Origin: Octopus vulgaris
Taxonomy: Eukaryota
Direction: 5' to 3'
NCBI GenBank assembly: GCA_951406725.2
Contig: OX597831.1
Location: 43,772,001 to 43,836,000 of the forward strand
DNA length: 64,000 nucleotides
Position numbers and translations under genes: made by a program. Positions 38,375-51,604 of this stretch are shown here, one piece after another. Each line of letters begins with the position of its first letter. The first letter of the stretch is position 1. A model generated the notes under the pieces. The model did not search any database, was not told the DNA's origin, and worked only from the letters and a program-made list of their open reading frames with translations.

Positions 38375-40700
38375 AAAATAATGGTTTCAAATTCTGGCAC
38401 AAGGTCAGCAATACTTGGAGGAGACAGGGACTCGATTGCATTGATCCCAATATTCAACTGGTAATTATTTTATCGATCCCGAATTGATGTAAAGCCAAGT
38501 CGACCTCGGCAGAATTTGAACTCTGAATGTAAAGACAGAGGAAATGCTGCTGAGCATTTTTCCCGGCGCGCTAACCATTCTGCCAACTTTCCACCAAGTA
38601 ATAACAACAATAATAATAATAATAATAATAATAATAATTCTTTCTATTATAGGCACAAAGCCTGAAATTTGGTGGGAGGGTTTATGCCGATTACATCGTC
38701 CCCAGTGCGTAACTGGTACTTATTTTATCGACCCCGAAAGGATGAAAGGCAAATTCGACCTCGGCGGAATTTGAACTCAGAACACGAAGAGAGACGAAAT
38801 GCCGCTGAGCATTTTCTCCGGTGTGCTAACGATTCTGCCAATTCACCGCCTTTTGCCGACTCATAATAATAATAATTGTTTCAAATTTTGGTACAAGGCC
38901 AGCATGTTTGAGGAAGGGAATAAGTCGATCATATCGACCGCAGTGATGAGCAGGTACCGAAGGGACGACAAACAAAGTCGACCTCAGCGGAATTTGAACT
39001 CAGAACATAAAGACGGACTAAACACCGCTAAGCATTTTGCCCAGCATTTCTCTCTTGTTTCAGTCATGCTGGAGCACCGTCTTTAGTCGAGCAAATCGAC
39101 CCCAGGACTTATTCTTTGGAAGCCTAGTACTTGACATCGACCCCAGTATTCAACTGGTACTTATTTTATCGACCCCGAAATGATGTAAGGCCAAGTCGAC
39201 CTCGACAGAATCGGTTGTTAAGCGATGTTGGGGTGACAAACACAGACACACAAACACATACATGTATGTAAACATATATACGACGGGCTTCTTTCAGTTT
39301 CCACTCACAAGGCTTTGGTCGGCCCGAGGCTATAGTAGAAGTCACTTGCCCAAGGTGCCATGCAGTGGGAATGAACCCGGAACCATGTGGTTGGTAAGCA
39401 AGCTACTTACCACGCTAACGATTCCGCCAGCTCATCGCCTTAACTGTCACCTAATAAAAATCAAGATGGTTTCATATTGTGGCACAAAGCCAGCAACCTC
39501 GGAGGAGGTAAGTCACTCACGTCGACGCCAGTGCTGAAGTGGTACTTTATTTATCAACTCCGAAAGGATGAAAGGTGAAGTCGACCTCGGTGAAATTTGA
39601 ACTCAGAACGTAAGGACGGAAGAAATGCTGCTAAGCATTTTACCCGGCGTACTAACAATTCTGCCAGCTCACCATCCTAACTGCCACCGAATAATCCTTT
39701 CTACTATAGGCACCAAGCCTGAAATTTGGGAGGGGGGGGGAGACTGGTTGATTACATCGACCCTAGTGCGCAACTGGTACTTAATTTATCGACCCCGAAA
39801 GGATGGAAGACAAAGTCGTCCCAGGCGGAATTTGAACTCGGAACGCAAAGATTGATGAAATACTGCTAAGCATTTCGCCCGGCGTGCTAACGTTCCTGCC
39901 AGCGCGACGCTTTAATAATCATGATAAAGAATGGAAGCAGTAAGCAATTCTAAGTGTTGGTAAGGCGGCGAGCTAGCCAAATCGTTAGTGCGCCGGGTGA
40001 AAACGCTTAGCGGCATGTCGTCTATCTTTACGTTCGGAGTTCAAATTCCGCCGGGGTCTACTTTGCCTTTTAATCTTTTCGGGGGTCGATAAAATAAGTG
40101 CCAGCAGAGTATTGGGGTCGATTTAATCGACTTATCCCTTTTCCAAATCTGCTAGTCTTGTCCCAAATTTTAAACCATTATATAAGGTTTGTACCCCAAA
40201 ATGGTTAAGAACACTTTCACTAGACTGAAATACAAGTATTAAGCAAATGTTTCTGATATTGACACAAAGACAGCCATTTTAGAGGAATGGGGTTAATAGG
40301 TAACTTGGTTTGTGCCTCATTTCATCGACACGAAAGAATGAAAGGTAAACTGATTTCGGTAGAACTTGAACTCAGAATGTAAAACGCTGGAAGAAATGCC
40401 AGTAAATATTCTGTACCGCGTGCTAATATTTCTCGCAGTTTGGTGCCCTAAAATATAAGTAATTCTAGTTTTTGGCACAGAGTCAGCAATTCTGAGTTGG
40501 GGAGGAAGTCGATTACATTGCATTCAGAGTTCATCCGGTATTCATTTTGTCGATTCGGAAAAAGGGCAAAAGGCAAAATCAACCTCGGCGAGAACTGACA
40601 AAAGGCGATGCAAAAGACAAAGACGACCTTGGTGAGATTTAAGGTCGGAACGTAGAGAAAAATATCGCTAGGCGTTTTGCCCAGCATGCCACCACTCTCA
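38375..40700. mobile_element. Cluster of family B SINEs with a chimeric family A copy (39050-39412)
   Basis: Repeated core motif; (TAA)n spacers. Confidence 0.8.
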
Positions 40701-40701
40701 A

Positions 40702-40814
<113 letters not shown>

Positions 40815-40830
40815 GTATATATATATACAT

Positions 40831-40881
<51 letters not shown>

Positions 40882-40963
40882 TATATACATATATACATGT
40901 ATATATATATACATATATACATGTATATATACACATATATATATACATACATATATATAAACA

Positions 40964-41003
<40 letters not shown>

Positions 41004-41042
41004 TATGTATGTATATATATACATATATATAAACATATTTAT

Positions 41043-41129
<87 letters not shown>

Positions 41130-41132
<3 letters not shown>

Positions 41133-41423
41133 GCGAGTACTGTCCAAATCTCCGACCAATCAAATACAGCTAGCTGGCATTCAATTGGCGTATCAAATTT
41201 CGGGCATTTTGATTGGGTTTTGGATAGAAAATTTACAAAAAAGTAACTTCTATTGATTTTTTAATGGCTTTGTGGGGTGATTGGGGAAATGTAAAGATGT
41301 GCACGACCACCCTTGGACGGTTTTGAATGACCATAGAAAGTACGAGCCCTCTAACTGAAAAATTGTGGATTTGTATAAAGGACACACACACAGACAGACA
41401 TTTTGCTGTTTACATATAGAGAG

Positions 41424-41428
<5 letters not shown>
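41130..41428 (-). mobile_element. Helitron-like 5' end fragment, second family
   Basis: Minus strand TCTCTCTATATGTAAACAGCAAAATGTCTGTCTGTGTG, between (TA)n fields. Confidence 0.5.
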
Positions 41429-41494
<66 letters not shown>

Positions 41495-41495
41495 C

Positions 41496-41526
<31 letters not shown>

Positions 41527-41637
41527 TACATATATTTATATATCTATATATATCTATATATGCATACATCTATATATTTACGCACATATATATACATATA
41601 TATATACATCTATATATATATATATACACACACATAC

Positions 41638-41693
<56 letters not shown>

Positions 41694-41867
41694 CATATAT
41701 ATATATACATATATATACAGATATATACATATATATACATAAATATTTATATTTATGTATATATATATATATCTTTATATATATGTTTGGGTGTGCGTGC
41801 GCGTGTGTGCATATATATTCATGTGTATATATATGTGTATGTGTGTGTGTTTATAGACTCAGCAACC

Positions 41868-43336
41868 TTTTAGATATATCACTGAACCTGTTTTAAAATA
41901 CATACCAAGTCTTGTGAGGGATGACCTGGCTCTGTTAAACCATCTTCCAAAAACCATAAACAATGATACTACTACCGTATCTTTTGATGTGGTAAACCTC
42001 TATACCACAATCCCACAGTAATATGGGCTAGAGGCAGCAAATTTCTGGCTTGAGAAATTCCTTCATCAAATTCCAGACAAAATTGAAAAGGATTAGAGCT
42101 TATCTTCGAAAACAACTTTTTTGACTTCGATGACAATATTTACAAACAAATATCAGGGACTGCCATGTGGACAAAAGTTGCTCTGACTTACGCCAATTTA
42201 GTCATGGCCTACATGGAGGTCCAGTTATATGAATAATGTAAATTAATATATGGCTTGACCTTCACAAATATCTTCTAGAAAACTAGAAACGTTACTTAGA
42301 TGATTGCCTATTCCTATGGACTCACGCATTTGATCAACTTATAGGTTTCAAAAAGTTAATCAACAACATAAACAATAATATTAACTTTACCATGGTATAC
42401 AGTAAGACTCAACTGCCATTCCTGGACATGCTAATCATCAAAAGAGATAAAAACATTGAAACAAATATTCATTACAAATAAACAGATTCAAAACAATACT
42501 TGCTATTCTTCTCATATCATCCCAAACACCAAAGAATAATATTCCTTTAATCTAGCAAGAAGAATCTGCACAATTATCTCAAATCATGAAACTAGCAATA
42601 AAAGACTCGAGGAACTAAAACAAGTACTACTTAAAAGACAATATCCATTAATGCTAATAGACAACACAATAGAACGTACCAAAGCAATAAATATCGAAGA
42701 ACTACGAAAAACGAAAAACGCTCCAGATAATCCGATACTCTACCCTTTGTTACAACACACATCCCAAAGAACGCAAAAGTTTACAATATTATCCACCAGA
42801 ACACCCCACTACTAAAACAAAATCCAAGAATGAAACAAGCATCCGAAATACATAAAATAATCAAAAGTAAAAGACAATCAAAATCTCTCAAAAAATTCCT
42901 CACAAGTGCTAAATTATCTTCCACAATTCGTACACCAATAGTCAAAAAGTGTAGCCGCTCCAATTGCGGAACCTGCATCAACCTTATTGAAGACGCAACA
43001 TACAACAACAAATCAGGACAGACTTTTACCGTAAAAAGTCACTTTACATGTTCTTCAAGGAATTTAATTTACGCTATCAAATGTCAAGGATGTAATGAAG
43101 ATTACACAGGTCCAACAAAGCTTACTCTAAAAAATAGACCGACCATGCACCGACAACAAATACGAGACCCCAGTACTAGACAGATTCCACTGAGTGGACA
43201 CATATGTGTAAAAAATAAGCCACCCAAATTCCAGGTCTTTCCACTCCACCTATGTTCAGCGAATACCACAGATTAAGCATGGATAAATAAAGAAAATACT
43301 TTCATATAAAAGTACAAACCAACACTTAAACTTTAA
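41868..43336 (+). pseudogene. Penelope-like retroelement RT + GIY-YIG endonuclease, 5'-truncated and decayed
   Basis: SFDVVNLYTTIP, YKQISGTAM, TYANLVM, RYLDD, LPFLDMLI, LPFVTT, then Cys-rich CSRSNCGTC and NLIYAIKCQGCNEDYTG..R..HRQQI; stops and frameshifts. Confidence 0.92.
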
Positions 43337-43560
43337 CAGAGTACATACACAAATAACTATTCACATACAAAATTCATTCTACTGCTTATCATGAGGAAGC
43401 TACACAACTAACAACAAACTTTAGTCACTGGACTACATACAAGCGACTACTGTCCACTCTCCCACCAGACAGATTAAATTTGGAGTGCCTTTATCACAAC
43501 TAAACATGCTCACTCAACCGTGTCGAAGAATTTGAAGACGGAACCTGAAAGAAGCCCGCC

Positions 43561-43649
<89 letters not shown>

Positions 43650-44580
43650 ATTTATATATATGCATACATGCACACGTATGCGTGTGTACGTGTGCGTTTG
43701 TGTATCTTTGCGTCTGTTTGTACCCCGCCACCACTTGAAACCGGTGATGATGTCTTTACGTCCACGTAACTTAGTGGTTCGACAAAAGAAAACGATGGAA
43801 TAAGTGAATAACGAATAAGTGCTAGGGTCAATTCGTTCGATTAAAATTCCCCAAGACGATCCCTAGCATGGCTGCAGTTTAATGACTGAAACAAGTAAAA
43901 GCGAAAATATCAAATCGACGTCGTTACAAGATCGGTACATTCTTTTATCGACCTCGGAAAGATGACCAACAAAGTTGACCTCGATGGTATTTGAACTCGG
44001 CATGTGAAGGGCTGTAACTAAATATCGCCGCAGGCATTTTAGCCAATGATCGAACGATTCTTATTTCTTTATTGCCCACAAGGGGCTAAACATACAGGGG
44101 ACTAACAAGGACAGACAAAGGGATTAAGTCGATTACATCGACCCCAGTGCGTAACTGGTGCTTAATTTATCGATCCTGAAAGCATGAAAGGCAAAGTTGA
44201 CCTCGGCTAGATTTGAACTCCAAACGTAAAAAGTCGGAATAAATGCTGCAGAGTATTTTGACTGTCTTGCTAAAGATTCTATCAGCTCACCGCCTTCCAG
44301 CACTATCTGAGATATACAAAATGAAAGAATTGAGATTTACTAGCTTGTCCAAAGTCTTAGAAATTAAAAATGAAAAGAAACATTCACACAAAAAGGTGTT
44401 ATTTGATTGCTGTTCTCTGTGGAAATATATCTGAGTTGCTTGTTTAATAAGGTGGGTGGGTGGGAATGAAATATAACGTCGCTTAATGAGGTGGGGGCTG
44501 GCAACAGAAAACCCATCTAACAGTAGAAAAATCATATTTAAAAAAAAGAAAGTTTGTAAACATTCTGACGAAGAACAAAA

Positions 44581-44998
44581 TGTCTTTAGCGGCACAAGCA
44601 GTCAGCGCCATATTGGATGAAATCTCGCGGCAGCCATTGCCATCTCTGAGACTGGAGCGAGACCTCACCTGCATCCATTTGCCATGCGCGAGATCACAAC
44701 GAGACTCGCGATGGCACACTGTATATAAGGGCAAAACAGAAACAGATTCATTCTCTCTCTCTCCGCTTCTACGCAGCAGCGCTTGCTGTGCACGCTTTAC
44801 TGGCTGGGCCTGACTGCATGTTGTACCTCCAGAGGCAATGTGCCCGCACTATTGGAGGTACAACACCACGCACACAGCTCGAGATGGTTGCTGAGAGCAA
44901 TACACTTCATCCGTTCTGTGAAACTTGTAAATAAACCGATTGTAAATTGCATTTGTACTTAAAGACTTCTTTCTTCGCCTGCTGGAGCTTGAACTACA
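44581..44998 (+). mobile_element. Possible solo LTR
   Basis: GC-richer island with TGT..ACA ends, TATATAAG (~44722), AATAAA (~44930); no clean 4-6 bp TSD, but an 11-bp direct repeat ACGAAGAACAA brackets it. Confidence 0.45.
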
Positions 44999-45390
44999 CG
45001 AAGAACAAGATATAATGGGAGAAGGCGATATTCACCCGATATTGTAAACCTTGCCTTCCATTATACATACATGTTTCAGTTGAACGAAGAAACCGGGAAT
45101 CTGTGGCCGTCATGCCTTTCCCGCGTGAAGCAAAGATTCCATTCGAAGTACTAAAAATTCCATCTCCTTCTGTACGACACTTACAATCCATAACTGATTT
45201 TTTTTCTTTCGTTTTGAGTTGACAAAGGTAAGGTCTTACAAAATGGGGGACTTGTAGTGTTCATCCATGTCGAAATACGTGACTAAATACTGTAAACCAG
45301 CATTAGGAATTATATCCTCACGTTTTTTGATACTTTTTAGAAACATTCTCGTTAACTAAATAAAACTGTTGCGACACAACACTTAGCTTG

Positions 45391-45405
45391 TCTGTGTGTG
45401 TGTGT

Positions 45406-45452
<47 letters not shown>

Positions 45453-46870
45453 TGTGTGTGTATGTGTGTGTGTGAGTGTGTGTGCGTGCGTGCGCGTGTG
45501 CAGGCACGTGTTAGGCTATGTATGCACTTGTGTGCTTGTGTATGCAAGCGTGTATGTGTGTATGTTGTGTGTGCATGCGTGTGTCTGTGTGTGTGTGTGT
45601 GAGAGAGAGTGTCAGCGTGTGTGTCTGTGTGTATATGCGTGTGTATGCATTTGTGTTAGGTTACATATGTATCTGTGTGCGTATGTAAGCAAATGTGTGT
45701 GTGTATGCGCGTGTGTGCGTGTGTATGTGTGTGTGTGAGTGTGTTGTGAGTGTGTTGTATGTGTGTGTATGTATGTGAGTGTGTAAGCATCTGTGTGTTT
45801 GTTCATGTACGTACGCGTGTGTACAAGTTTGCGACTATAATCGCGTGTATGCATGAATACGTGCACACGTGCTTGCATGCGTTTATGTATGTGAGCTGGG
45901 ATGAGGAGGATATTCTTATGTGTGTGTGTGTGTGTGTGTGCGTGTGCTGTGTGTGTGTGCATGCGTGTGCGTGTGTGCATGTGTATGTGGGAGCGTTTGT
46001 GCGCGTGTGTGTGTGCGTGAGTGCGCGCGCGTTTGAACGCACATTTGTATATGTGCTTGCAACAGTATATGCGCGTATGCATGGATATACCTACATGTGT
46101 GTATATGTGCGTTTACAAGCATTTTGTGTATGTGGGTATGCTCGTTTATATATGTGTATATGTATGTGTTTGCGAGTATATGTGTGTGTATGTATGAATA
46201 TGTGTGAATGTGTTTGCATACATTTGTGTATGCTTGTGTATGTGTGTGTGCACGTATATGTATGTATGTATGTAAGTATGTATGTATGTATGTACGTATG
46301 TATGTACGTATGTATGTATGTATGTATGTATGTACGTATGTATGTATGCATGTATGAATGTATGTATGTATGTATGTATGTATGTATGTATGTATGAATG
46401 TATGTATGTATGTATGTATGTATGTACGTACGTATGTATGTATGTATGTATGTATGTATGTATGTATGTATGTATGTATGTATGAATGTATGTATGCATG
46501 TATAACTGTATGTATGTATGTACGTACGTATGTATGTATGTATGTATGTATGTATGTATGTATGTATGTATGTATGAATGTATGTATGCATGTATGTATG
46601 TATGTATGTATGTATGTATGTACGTATGTATGTATGTATGTATGTATGTATGTATGTATGTATGTATGTATGCATGTATGTATGTATGGGTGCACGAGTG
46701 TATGTGTATGCGCGTTTGTATGTATAGTGTGAGCGCTTGCATACGTTTATGTATATGCTTTTATCTATGTGTCCTTGCATGCTTGCATCAATGAGTATAT
46801 GCGCACGTATGCATATGTCTGTACGATTGTGCATATGTACACACATATTAGAGCTATATATTTGCATATA
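45391..46870. repeat. Degenerate (TG)n followed by (TATG)n field
   Basis: Read directly. Confidence 0.95.
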
Positions 46871-47529
46871 CGTTTTGGTTTTATCAAAATAATAAAATAA
46901 CGATTTAAAAAAAAAAAGAAACTAATAATAATTATAGTAATAATAGTAATAAAAATAATAGTGACAATAAAAACTCGTCCTTGAGATTATTGGAAAAAGG
47001 ACAGATAACGCAATAAGAAAGGAAAAATTAAACATTACAAACATGACAAGCGTTTTGTAACAGGAAAAATGTGTGTAAACGGTGGAAGCAATTATTGGCA
47101 AATTGTATAAACGTTGGGAATTTAAAGAGTTCGGTGTTTCTCTATTGAAATCGCAGTTTTTAATTTATCTATCATCAATTAAATAATCACATTCTACAAA
47201 TATAATGTTTAAAAACATATTATAAACAGATTTAATTTCTCTAAAAATAATCCTAAACATGTATGGAGGGTTTTTTTGTTGTTGTTACTGTTGCTGTTGT
47301 TGTTGTTGTTATTGTTGTTGTTGATAATTTCAAATTTGATTTTACAGAGAGGAAAATATGTGTGTGTCCATAGATTTTGCAAAAATGACTTTTTGTAGTC
47401 GAATAGTATAAATACAAGGATTGTGTAATCATGGGCGAAAACATATGAGCTGGAAGTGATTTGTATTGTTCAACGTATTTATCGTATTTGCATTTGAGAC
47501 TATTGTGAGACAATATTGTTGTCGTTATT

Positions 47530-48700
47530 ATGCTTAGCGGCATATCGTCTGTCTTTACGTTCTGAGTTCACATTCCACCGAGGTTGACTTTGCCTTTCAT
47601 CCTTTCGGGATTGATAAATTAAATACCAGTGAAACACTGGGGGCGATGTAATCGACTAGCCCCCTCCTCACATATTTCAGACCTTGTGCCTTTAGTAAAA
47701 AGGGTTGGTCATGCTTAGCGGCATATCGTCTGTCTTCACGTTCTGAGTTCACATTCCACCGAGGTTGACTTTGCCTTTCATCCTTTCGGGATTGATAAAA
47801 TAAGTACCAGTGAAACACTGGGGGCGATGTAATCGACTAGTCCCCTCCTCACATATTTCAGACCTTGTGCCTTTAGTAAAAAGGGTTTGTTATGCTTAGC
47901 GGCATATCGTCTGTCTTCACGTTCTGAGTTCACATTCCACCGAGGTTGACTTTGCCTTTCATCCTTTCGGGATTGATAAATTAAATACCAGTGAAACACT
48001 GGGGGCGATGTAATCGACTAGTCCCCTCCTCACATATTTCAGACCTTGTGCCTTTAGTAAAAAGGGTTGGTTATGCTTAGCGGCATATCGTCTGTCTTTA
48101 CGTTCTGAGTTCACATTCCACCGAGGTTGACTTTGCCTTTCGTCTTTTCGGGGTTGATAAATTAAGTACCAGTGAAACACTGGGTCGATGTAATCGACTA
48201 GTCCCCTCCCCACATATTTCACGCCTTGTGCCTTTAGTAAAAAGGGTTGTTATGCTTAGCGGCATATCGTCTGTCTTTACGTTCTGAGTTCACATTCCAC
48301 CGAGGTTGACTTTGCCTTTCATCCTTTCGGGATTGATAAAATAAGTACCAGTGAAACACTGGGGTCGATGTAATCGACTAGTCCCCTCCTCACATATTTC
48401 AGACCTTGTGCCTTTAGTAAAAAGGGTTGTTATGCTTAGCGCATATCGTCTGTCTTTATGTTCTGAGTTCACATTCCACCGAGGTTGACTTTGCCTTTCA
48501 TCCTTTCGGGGTTGATAAATTAAGTACCAGTGAAACACTGGGGTCGATGTAATCGGCTAGTCCCCTCCCCACACATTTCAGGCCTTGTGCCTTTAGTAAA
48601 AAGGGTTTGTTATGCTTAGCGGCATATCGCCTGTCTTTATGTTCTGAGTTCACATTCCACCGAGGTTGACTTTGCCTTTCAACCTTTCGGGGTCGTTGAA
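47530..48700 (+). repeat. Second tandem array of headless family B SINE units (~180 bp, six full plus one partial)
   Basis: Units start near 47530, 47711, 47891, 48072, 48251, 48431, 48611; shared private variants CACATTCCACC and GGTTGAC. Confidence 0.95.
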
Positions 48701-49630
48701 TAAGTACCAGTCGCGCACGGGGGTCGATGTAATCTACTGACCCTCTCCCCTAAGATTTCAGGCTTAGTACCTATCGCAGAAACGGTTATTATTAAGAAGC
48801 GGGGAAAGCAGCGAGCTGACGGTATCGTTAACACACCGGACAAAATGCTTGTGTCCTTCAGACTTTCAGGTCGGTGAAATAAGTACAAATTGTGCACTGG
48901 GGTCGATGTATTCGACTGACCCCCTTCCTTAAGATTTCAAGTTTGGTGCATTTATCAGAAAGGTTTATTTTTAAGAGACGGCGAAGGTGGTGAGCTGGTA
49001 GTATCGTTAGCACACCGGATAAAATGCTTAGCGGCATTTTGTCTGTCGCTACGTTCTGAGTTCAAATCCCGTCGAGGTCGACTTTGCATTCTCTCCTTTC
49101 GGGGTCGATGACTACAGCACCAGTTGAGTAGTGGGGTTGATATAATCGACTAGCCACTCCCCCCCAACGTTTGAGGCTTTGTGCCTATAGTTGAAAGGAT
49201 TAATATCATTAAGAGGCGGCTGAGGCGGTGAGCTGGCAGAATCGTTACTGCGGCCGTACAAAATACTTAGCGGCATTTCGTCCATCTTTATATTTAGAGT
49301 TCAAATGCCAGCGAGGTCGACTTTGCCTTTCATTCTCTCGGGGGTCGATAAAATAAGTACCAGTTGAGCCCTGGGGTCGATGTAATCGAATTATCCCCCC
49401 ACCGAAATTGCTGGCCTTGTGTCAAAATTTGAAACCAATTTATTGTTCGTCTTTGCGTTCTGAGTTCAAATTCCACTGATGTCGACATTCCCTTTCATCT
49501 TTTCGGGAGGCGATGAAATAAGTACCAGTTAAACATTGGAGTCGATGCAATCGATTTGCACCCCATCCCCACAAATTCCAGGCATTGCGCCTATAATAAA
49601 AAAAGATTATTATTATTATTATTATTATTT
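48700..49630 (+). mobile_element. Head-to-tail older family B SINE copies with (ATT)n tails
   Basis: Heads at ~48805, 48985, 49222; tails end in ATTATT. Confidence 0.8.
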
Positions 49631-49950
49631 GTTGTTGACGTTGAGGTTGTTATTTAGGTCTGTACCCCCTCCCCCCATCCTGAGAAAACCTAAAAACAAA
49701 GGGGTTCCAGCCGTGACGGTCAAGTTATGTAGCATTGCCTAGATGCATATGCTTTCTCTTGCTTTTAAGAGAGAAGGTGAAAGAGATGCTGTGCACATAG
49801 GCGTATGCATAGCTGTGTGGTTAAGAGGCTCGTGGTTTCGGGTCCAGCGCCACTGCGTGACATCTTGAGGAAAGCATTTTCTACTATAATCCAGGACCGA
49901 CTAATGTCGTGTGAGTAAATTTGATAGACAGAAACTGTGTGGAAACCCTT

Positions 49951-50010
<60 letters not shown>

Positions 50011-50014
<4 letters not shown>

Positions 50015-50225
50015 TCATGTTGAACCGTTAATCTCTACACATTTCTTTTCACTCTCCGTTTTTTTTCATTCTCTCTTCTTTTTCCCCTCCTAATCTTTTC
50101 TGTCGAAGAGCGTAGGTTCGAAACGTAAAGGACTTCTCCATTCTTCCCGAGCGTTAAACTAATACACCTGCTTGTTGTTCTTACACTTATCTTCGTCTTT
50201 TGTTTTCTGTAAACTTGGACTATAT
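50011..50225 (+). mobile_element. Hammerhead-bearing short element, copy 2 (motif 50094-50133)
   Basis: TCTTTT-CTGTCGA-A-GAGC GTAG GTTC-GAAAC-GTA-AAGGA; homologous to 16041-16232; follows (TA)n. Confidence 0.58.
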
Positions 50226-50956
50226 TCTCACATAGATAGATAGATAGATAGAGGAGGAGGAGGAGGAAGAGGAAGAGGAAGAGTTAGAGGAGGAGGATAG
50301 TAGTTGTCGTTAGTGATGGCGGCGGTGGTAATGTCAACAATGATGACCACGATAGTAACACGCCCTTCTAATTCAACGGGACAAAATATCCACAGGAACA
50401 GTAGCAGGCCAATATGGTACAATATAACCTTAATCTCTAACCCAAACACCTTTAAGACATAATTGATCATTATGTTTGTTTGTTTATTTATTTATTTATT
50501 TATTTATTTATTTGTGACCTGGTATAACTATCAGTCACAAATTTCCAATGTACAACTCAGTCTGTCTCAAGGGACTTTGAAATTTGACCCGACAACTAAT
50601 TTACTTTTACAAAAACCAGATGACAGTAGACAGACATGGATTTAACCCTCCCGACTCGGAGTCAGAGAATCAAAGAATTGCCAAGGTTAATACTCGCTCC
50701 CGATTATAACTGTGCTTAACTTCTGTATTAGCGAAACAAAGAACTCTCTTTGTGGTCAATCGACCATGTTTTCTTCCACCATTTCTTTAAATGGCTTCCT
50801 TACAGAACAAAGAACAGTGCTAATGATGCTTTGTAAACTACTGGTGAAAATCCCTTTGGAGGTTTGTCATTAGATGAAACTGATGTACCCAGTGTACTGG
50901 GAATATTTTTGCTCCGTTGCAACGCAAAGGATGCGCAAGGGTTTTTGTATGTAGTA

Positions 50957-51521
50957 TTGGGTTGTCCGGAAAGTTCGTGCCGATTTTTATAGGAAAGAAA
51001 AAGTTCAATAAATACTTGCCATTACATTTTAATCAGCCAAATATGAACCATTTTGTTGCACAATGCGTCTCCATCTTTACTTTAACTTGAAAATACCCTC
51101 TTCCCAGAATTGAGGTGGTTTCATGGCAAAGAATTCATCAAGGTATCTTTTTACGTCATCCAAGGAATTGAAATTTTTACCATTAAGACTATTCTGCAGA
51201 AACCTGAATAAGTGGAAATCCGAAGGAGCAATATCTGGTGAATATAGAGGGTGGGTTAACACATCCCAGCCGAGCTGCAGCAATTTTTGTCTGGTTCCCA
51301 AAGCATCAAGTTCTGAAAATGAACTTTCTTATCTTCCATTTTAAAGGGTTACAGAATTAACACAGGTTATAGGAACATAAATTTTCTTGCACGAAAAGAT
51401 AGCTTAAACTGTGCTCTAAATGGAGGTGTAGTCAAATCCTATTTTATGGACTCAACCATGTTCTAAAATAAGTCGAAAGATAAGCTACTCTAAATCGGCA
51501 CGAACTTTCCGGACAACCCAA
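50957..51521 (-). mobile_element. Non-autonomous mariner (565 bp), copy 2
   Basis: Same TIRs, TA flanks and deletion breakpoint as 11706-12272; LGWDVLTHPLYSPDIAPSDFHLF. Confidence 0.92.
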
Positions 51522-51604
51522 TAAATTCTAGGGCGCAGTGTGGAAAGCGTTGTGAACTGTGATGGGTGAATCGATCTTGGTGGCGGCTTCTAAATCTCGT
51601 ATTC

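Noticed and set aside
44565-44590. CTGACGA hammerhead core
   Set aside because: No downstream GAAA or cleavage triplet.
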